DNA of 64,000 nucleotides from Candidatus Caldarchaeum sp. (lineage in GTDB: Archaea > Thermoproteota > Nitrososphaeria_A > Caldarchaeales > Caldarchaeaceae). Both the position numbers and the translations under genes were made by a program. The DNA is taken from NCBI GenBank assembly GCA_038844785.1, contig JAWBRA010000009.1, positions 1-64,000 on the forward strand, given 5' to 3'. The notes under the pieces were generated by a model. The model was not told the DNA's origin. It made no database searches and saw only the letters and a program-made list of their open reading frames with translations. Shown here piece after piece: positions 58,927 through 64,000 of this stretch; within the stretch, counting starts at the first letter, position 1, and each line of letters begins with the position of its first letter.

Positions 58927-59811
58927 TTAGCTTTCCGCTGTGGAGGCCAGAAACTCTATCAACAGCTTGGAAGCAACCGCCGCTGTAGAGCCGTTGTCGT
59001 AAAGCGGGTTTACTTCCATCAGGTCGAAGGCCAAAGGACCATGTTTCCCGATAAAGTGGATCAGGTCGAATAGCTGTTCAGGGGTTATCCCGCCAGGCTC
59101 CGGGTTACCCACACCGGGAGCGTAGCATGGGTCTAAGACATCCAGATCTACGGAGACGTAGAAAGGCCTGTTCTCCGTAATTTCCTTCAGTATCCTAACA
59201 GTCCTAGAAACATCCTTAAGCTCAGAAGACTTGATGAAGATTATGTTTTTCTCCTGAGCGAATTTCATCTCGCTAAGGTCGTATGCCCTGACACCTAAGA
59301 CCACAACTTTTTTGTCGGGCTTTTTCTCAACTAGACGTCTTAGGTATGTTGCATGGTTAAGCTTAAGGCCGCAGTATTCGTCTCTCAGGTCGAAGTGGGC
59401 ATCTATGACTATAAGCGCTGATGCCTTCTGTGAAACGGCTAGGAACGCCGCATATGTGAACGTATGCTCGCCGCCCACCATGACAGGGATCTTGCCTGAC
59501 TGAGACACGTTTTTGACAACCCTGAAAACACGTTTCAGCATCGTCGACAGCTTGTAGCTGAAGACTATGTCTCCTCCGTCGAAAACCTTCGCGGCGGCAG
59601 CGTCATACGCCACCCTGTAGCTGTTAGACTCGATGTTAGCGCTGAATTTTCTCACGGCTTCGGGACCATACCGAGAGCCTGGTCTGAAAGAGCTTGTCAA
59701 ATCATATGGCACGCCGAAGATGAAGTATTTTGCGGCGGTAAAATCGCCGTCAACGCCTAGGAATGTCTCCCTTTGACGAAGGCTCAACCGCATATCGTCT
59801 TCCAGACTCAT
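58927..59811 (-). CDS. speB: Agmatinase
   Basis: G.PYD.TSSFRPG.R.GP, GGEH, DAHFD, SVDLDVLDP. Confidence 0.9.
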   Translation of the reverse strand: MSLEDDMRLSLRQRETFLGVDGDFTAAKYFIFGVPYDLTSSFRPGSRYGPEAVRKFSANIESNSYRVAYDAAAAKVFDGGDIVFSYKLSTMLKRVFRVVKNVSQSGKIPVMVGGEHTFTYAAFLAVSQKASALIVIDAHFDLRDEYCGLKLNHATYLRRLVEKKPDKKVVVLGVRAYDLSEMKFAQEKNIIFIKSSELKDVSRTVRILKEITENRPFYVSVDLDVLDPCYAPGVGNPEPGGITPEQLFDLIHFIGKHGPLAFDLMEVNPLYDNGSTAAVASKLLIEFLASTAES

Positions 59812-59865
59812 GCGATGTTCTACGAAATATCACTTAAATAGGGTTTATGGCTGCACCATCTAGGG

Positions 59866-62088
59866 ATGCCCTCGGCTAAAACGGCCGCAGTTTTCTTGTC
59901 TGCGGCTGCCGTTCGCCTAGCTTTAGCCCCGTTTTTCGGCCACTCGTGGGATGTTTACGTCTGGCTTAAGAGCGGGGAGCTTTTCTACAATGGGGTAAAC
60001 GTGTATGAGATCAAAAGCTTAACCGATTTTCCCTGGGGTTTCTACGCCTACCCGCCTGTATGGCTTTACTGGGTTGGGCTGGTACATTACCTTACAACGT
60101 CATTGAACAACCTCAACCTACACCTCATGCTGATCAAAACACCGATAATAGCCGCGGACCTAATAGTCGCCGTACTGATCGCCAAGCTCGCAGTTGAGCT
60201 TGGCATGTTGAAGGACGCTGGACGGGCTTCACTTCTCTGGTTGTTCAACCCTCTCGTCATATCCATATCAGCCGTCTGGGGAATGTTCGACTCTATTGCG
60301 GTGGCGTTCTGCCTAGCCGGAGTTTTGGCTGCTCTCAGAGGAAGTAATTTTCTGGCCGGGGTATTGCTAGGTCTAGGCGGCGCCGTGAAAATCTACCCTC
60401 TACTAATCCTTGTCCCAACAGCTTTGTTCTTGAGATATGTGAGAAAAAGAAGCTTAAACGAGGTTTTCAAAACAGTTTTGGGTACGGCTGTAGCGTTCGC
60501 GTTACCGATGCTGCCTTTTCTTCAAAACCCACTGCCTATCCTCGACAAGCTGCTTTATCATTTCGGTAACGTTGGCAGCTTCACCTACTGGACTGTTCTT
60601 TCAGTAATCTCACCACCTCCAGCTGTTCCGCTGCTGTCACAGGGGCTTTTCATAATTCTGCTCTACATAACGTTGAGGAAACAGTTGAAAAACAACGCTG
60701 GGTTGGCTGAGCTCTCCCAAGCCTCTCTGCTTGCCTTCCTAGCTACTTCAGCGAAGGTAAACGTTCAATATGTTCTCTGGGTTCTCCCGTTCCTGATTCT
60801 TTATGCTTTAAGAAAGAACAGCAGAGAATTCAGAATAAACGTTTTGGTACTTATCGTGGGAGGGCTGCTGTTTGTAGTAGCGGCTCAAGCTGCTTTGGCC
60901 ATTTTCGACCTGCGGAACCTCGGAAAAATAGTTGTTTCGAAAGAGGTCGAGTCCGCAACCCTCGGAGGCATGGCGCTCATAGTATCAGCTGTCATCGGAG
61001 GCACTAGGTTCATTACACTTTTCTTAAACATTTTGAGAGAGGGGGGTAAAGCACTATGGAGCATCCAGAGAATAGCCATCATATCTATACTGCTGATGTT
61101 CGTCTTCGTGGTAGGCCTTTTCCCAGCTGGACAAGGTGTTGTAGCCCCTAGAACAAGCGTCCGGGTAGGCGTGATGGAAGGTGTGGAAGCACTCTACAGC
61201 AAATCAGATGAATACGACTCGGGTTTTCTTGTAAGCAAATACAACCTAACCCACATAGTTATTCCTATCGGCCCTGACGGAATTCTTTACGACGGAGACT
61301 ATTCGAAAAGTTTCAGGTTTAAGCTCACTAACGATGAGTGGCGGCAGAATGACCTTAGGAAGCTCGCCGACTCGATGAGAAGAGCTGGCGTCAAACCCTT
61401 GTTGGGCGTTTACCTGAAAGCGTATCACACCACAATACACTATGGCTACCATGGATACAACTCATCCCATTTGATCGAGAACTTTCCAGAATGTATTGAC
61501 GGCTACGGCAACATCAATTTCCAATGTACCCCGTCTAAGATATTGGATTTTGCAGATTATTTCTCTCAGAGAATTGTTGACTCAGCTATTTCCATGGGTT
61601 TCGAAGGAGTCTACATCATGGGAGTTGGCTGGGACAGAGGAGTGGCTGCTTTAGACAGCCTTCTCATACTTTTGAAAAATCTAATTGTTAAATCAAGACC
61701 ATATGGTTTACATGTTTTCTTAGAGTTCGACCCTATGAGCTATAAAAACCCCCTTACTTTCATGAATTCGGCTGAGGAGTTGCTTAACTACGTCGACTAC
61801 GTTGTTTTAGTAACCAATCCGTTTTTAAGGTCGGTGAAGGGCCCGGCTATAGGAAATTACACTACCGCTGATTTTAAGAGGCTTTTGGAGAAAGCCGTGG
61901 AGATGTCGTCTGCGAAAAGAGCTAGAGTGCTCTTTACGATAAACGTGATGGACATAGCCGAGGGATGGATGACCCCCGCCATTCAACTACAGACTGAAAT
62001 CAACGAGTTTTCAACTGTCAAGGGAGTGGCTGGCTATGCGGTATATCATGTAAGCAGGTATCTACCTGTTAAGATATCTGTCAAATGA
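59866..62088 (+). CDS. GT-C (GT87/PIG-M-like) membrane glycosyltransferase fused to a large soluble domain
   Basis: WDV, YAYPP, K.P...D, FNP...SAVWGMFD, VKIYP in a multi-TM N-terminus; about 300-aa alternating alpha/beta C-terminal domain. Confidence 0.7.
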   Translation: MPSAKTAAVFLSAAAVRLALAPFFGHSWDVYVWLKSGELFYNGVNVYEIKSLTDFPWGFYAYPPVWLYWVGLVHYLTTSLNNLNLHLMLIKTPIIAADLIVAVLIAKLAVELGMLKDAGRASLLWLFNPLVISISAVWGMFDSIAVAFCLAGVLAALRGSNFLAGVLLGLGGAVKIYPLLILVPTALFLRYVRKRSLNEVFKTVLGTAVAFALPMLPFLQNPLPILDKLLYHFGNVGSFTYWTVLSVISPPPAVPLLSQGLFIILLYITLRKQLKNNAGLAELSQASLLAFLATSAKVNVQYVLWVLPFLILYALRKNSREFRINVLVLIVGGLLFVVAAQAALAIFDLRNLGKIVVSKEVESATLGGMALIVSAVIGGTRFITLFLNILREGGKALWSIQRIAIISILLMFVFVVGLFPAGQGVVAPRTSVRVGVMEGVEALYSKSDEYDSGFLVSKYNLTHIVIPIGPDGILYDGDYSKSFRFKLTNDEWRQNDLRKLADSMRRAGVKPLLGVYLKAYHTTIHYGYHGYNSSHLIENFPECIDGYGNINFQCTPSKILDFADYFSQRIVDSAISMGFEGVYIMGVGWDRGVAALDSLLILLKNLIVKSRPYGLHVFLEFDPMSYKNPLTFMNSAEELLNYVDYVVLVTNPFLRSVKGPAIGNYTTADFKRLLEKAVEMSSAKRARVLFTINVMDIAEGWMTPAIQLQTEINEFSTVKGVAGYAVYHVSRYLPVKISVK

Positions 62089-62544
62089 CTAAATGGTTTC
62101 CGGCGGGATTCGCCGCCAAACGGGAATTTGGGGGTAGGCGTTTCCTAAACGGTCAACAACCGCCGAGCCTATGTAGAAGCGTTTGTATCTTCCCAGCAGA
62201 ACTTTTTCTTTCTTGCCGACTTTCACCGGCCCCCCTTTCATCCACATGAGAGCTTGCTCCCTGCTCAGGTCCACAACCACTGATTCGTCTACTTTTGATA
62301 GAAACATGCATCCTTCCACCGTCAAGGTTGTGAAATCTTTTCTTCTTTTCGCGATGTAGAGCCCAACATTCTGGACGCCCGGCATCCTTAACGCAGTTTC
62401 ATAAGTTTCTTTGGTCGTGGCTCTGATTTTGTTTTCGCCCATCTGGACAAGCACTAGGTTGTTTATGTTCAGCCGGCATTTCAGCGAGCTGTATACATCT
62501 TCCAAGAACCTGCTCCTGTTATTGTTGTCGAGTGTCTTTAGCAT
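62089..62544 (-). CDS. RsmF C-terminal-like/Nip7-PUA-like protein
   Basis: GLYIAK, LTVEG, VVDLSREQA..WMKG; coupled to the m5C methyltransferase gene. Confidence 0.65.
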   Translation of the reverse strand: MLKTLDNNNRSRFLEDVYSSLKCRLNINNLVLVQMGENKIRATTKETYETALRMPGVQNVGLYIAKRRKDFTTLTVEGCMFLSKVDESVVVDLSREQALMWMKGGPVKVGKKEKVLLGRYKRFYIGSAVVDRLGNAYPQIPVWRRIPPETI

Positions 62545-62545
62545 G

Positions 62546-63481
62546 TTAGTCAGCTTTTTTCGTTATTTTAGCTATGAAAAAACCTTCCGCACCGCTTTGG
62601 AATGTGTGTATTCTGACGGCTTTCTTTACCTCGTCTCTGAAGCTTAGCTCCTTCCAGCTTTCCACACCATGGCTAAAACTTATGCCATCAATCTTTATGT
62701 CTAGCAAGGACGCGTTTTCAAACTTGTCTAAGAGTGATGAAACCACAGCCTCGTTCTCCAAGGGATGGTAGGTGCAGGTGGCGTAAATCAGTTCTCCCCC
62801 GGGCTTCAGGGCTCTGAACCCTGAAAACAGTAGGGCTTTCTGAAGCTTGCCCATCCTTTCAGAGAGCTTACTGCTCCAGTTCTTCAAAACACGCCAATCT
62901 TTTGCACCCACTCCCAGCGAGCTGCATGGCGCGTCAACAAGCACCTTATCAAAATACTCTTGCATCTTGAAGCCTATGTATCTGCCGTCCGACAACGTGA
63001 CGACGCAATTTAGCACACCACAGCGTTGAAGGTTTGAGGTGAGCGCTTTAATCCTTGTTCTTGAAACATCGTTAGCGACCAGAACGCCTTCTCCGGCTAG
63101 GTTTTGTCCTATCTGGGTGGATTTGCTTCCGGGGGCTGCGCAGAGGTCAAGGACGCGTTCCCCAGGCTTGACGTCAAGCAAGTCTGCTACAAGCATTGAC
63201 ACGGGGCCTTGGATGTACACCAGTCCCAGCATGTGCCAGAGAGAGGTTGATAGACGTCCGGGCGGCTCGGCGTAGAATCCTAGCTTAGTCCACGGAACAT
63301 GTTTAGCTTCCACACCGTCCTCAGCCAGCAAGCTCAAACACTCCCTCACAGTTGTCTTCAAAGTGTTGACTCTAAACGTCTCAGGAAGTGGTTTCGAATA
63401 TGTTTCAATCAGCTCGTCGAAATGCTCGGGTATAAACTCGTTTATGAAGAGCTTTAGTTCCTCGCTCAAGCCGGGTTTCAT
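62546..63481 (-). CDS. RsmB/NOP2-family RNA m5C methyltransferase
   Basis: RVNTLK, DLCAAPGSK, DAPCS, YATCT..PLENE, GFFIA. Confidence 0.93.
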   Translation of the reverse strand: MKPGLSEELKLFINEFIPEHFDELIETYSKPLPETFRVNTLKTTVRECLSLLAEDGVEAKHVPWTKLGFYAEPPGRLSTSLWHMLGLVYIQGPVSMLVADLLDVKPGERVLDLCAAPGSKSTQIGQNLAGEGVLVANDVSRTRIKALTSNLQRCGVLNCVVTLSDGRYIGFKMQEYFDKVLVDAPCSSLGVGAKDWRVLKNWSSKLSERMGKLQKALLFSGFRALKPGGELIYATCTYHPLENEAVVSSLLDKFENASLLDIKIDGISFSHGVESWKELSFRDEVKKAVRIHTFQSGAEGFFIAKITKKAD

Positions 63482-64000
63482 TTTAAGACCTCCCCGGTGT
63501 AGACAGCCCACACAAGAAGGTCCAGCTCAGCTGGGCTTAATCCATATTTTCCCGCCTGTTCGATAAATTTTTTCTCCAGCTGAAGATACTGTTTTTTGGT
63601 TATGTTTCTGACCTTTCTTTTGACAATTCCTTGGGTCTGAAGGAATTTCAAGATATGTCTGTCGATAATTGCCACATTTTCGTAGCCTATGTTTCTCAGG
63701 AAGTGGCTTGCTTCTTTCATCCCAAGTCCTTTGACGTTTTCAACGAGAAAATCCCTTAACATATCCGGCTTTTGATTTTGGCTTTCGTTTATTTTATCGA
63801 TTATTGCCGGGAAAATTTTAAAAACAGACATTATATTTTCCGCCTTTTTTCTATGAAAACGTACTCCAGACCTTCGTAAGATTTCGGATATTCGTGGCAA
63901 GTCTGGTTTTGTCAGAAGACCCTTGTCCCTCATCTCTTCCACGGCTTTTAAAGCATTTCGTGCTTTAGTCTGGGGTGTGCACAAACAGAAGACCAGCTCC
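63478..64000 (-). CDS. ogg: 8-oxoguanine DNA glycosylase/lyase (5' truncated by window edge)
   Basis: ELVFCLCTPQ, KGLGMKEASHFLRN.G, IIDRH, terminal VLK. Confidence 0.9.
   Translation of the reverse strand, partial: ELVFCLCTPQTKARNALKAVEEMRDKGLLTKPDLPRISEILRRSGVRFHRKKAENIMSVFKIFPAIIDKINESQNQKPDMLRDFLVENVKGLGMKEASHFLRNIGYENVAIIDRHILKFLQTQGIVKRKVRNITKKQYLQLEKKFIEQAGKYGLSPAELDLLVWAVYTGEVLK

Overview
Gene-dense 64-kb archaeal chromosome segment, most likely from a Caldarchaeum-like Aigarchaeote (inferred from the ubiquitin operon and the crenarchaeal-type PolB). It is mostly housekeeping and energy metabolism: ADP-forming acyl-CoA synthetase, a 2-oxoacid:ferredoxin oxidoreductase operon, a Liv-type ABC transporter, citrate synthase, an HMG-CoA synthase/thiolase/DUF35 cluster, scattered complex I genes, an A1-type cytochrome c oxidase, cofactor genes, GlyRS, PolB, PolY and a proteasome beta subunit. 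It carries the known eukaryote-like ubiquitin operon (Rpn11, pro-ubiquitin, E2, E1, RING E3). Nearby are three coiled-coil genes and a second, membrane-anchored RING protein. RNA genes are tRNA-Pro(GGG), tRNA-Lys(UUU) with a BHB intron at position 24/25, and a probable C/D-box sRNA. The most novel signal is at about 11.66-13.93 kb: a decayed compact IS110/Tas-like gene followed by a 140-nt hairpin. The central loop of that hairpin holds two guide-like segments matching opposite strands of the adjacent tRNA-Lys. One match is split by the tRNA intron, and the whole block is bounded by a duplicate of the tRNA 5' end. All calls are made by eye from motifs; no database searches were run.
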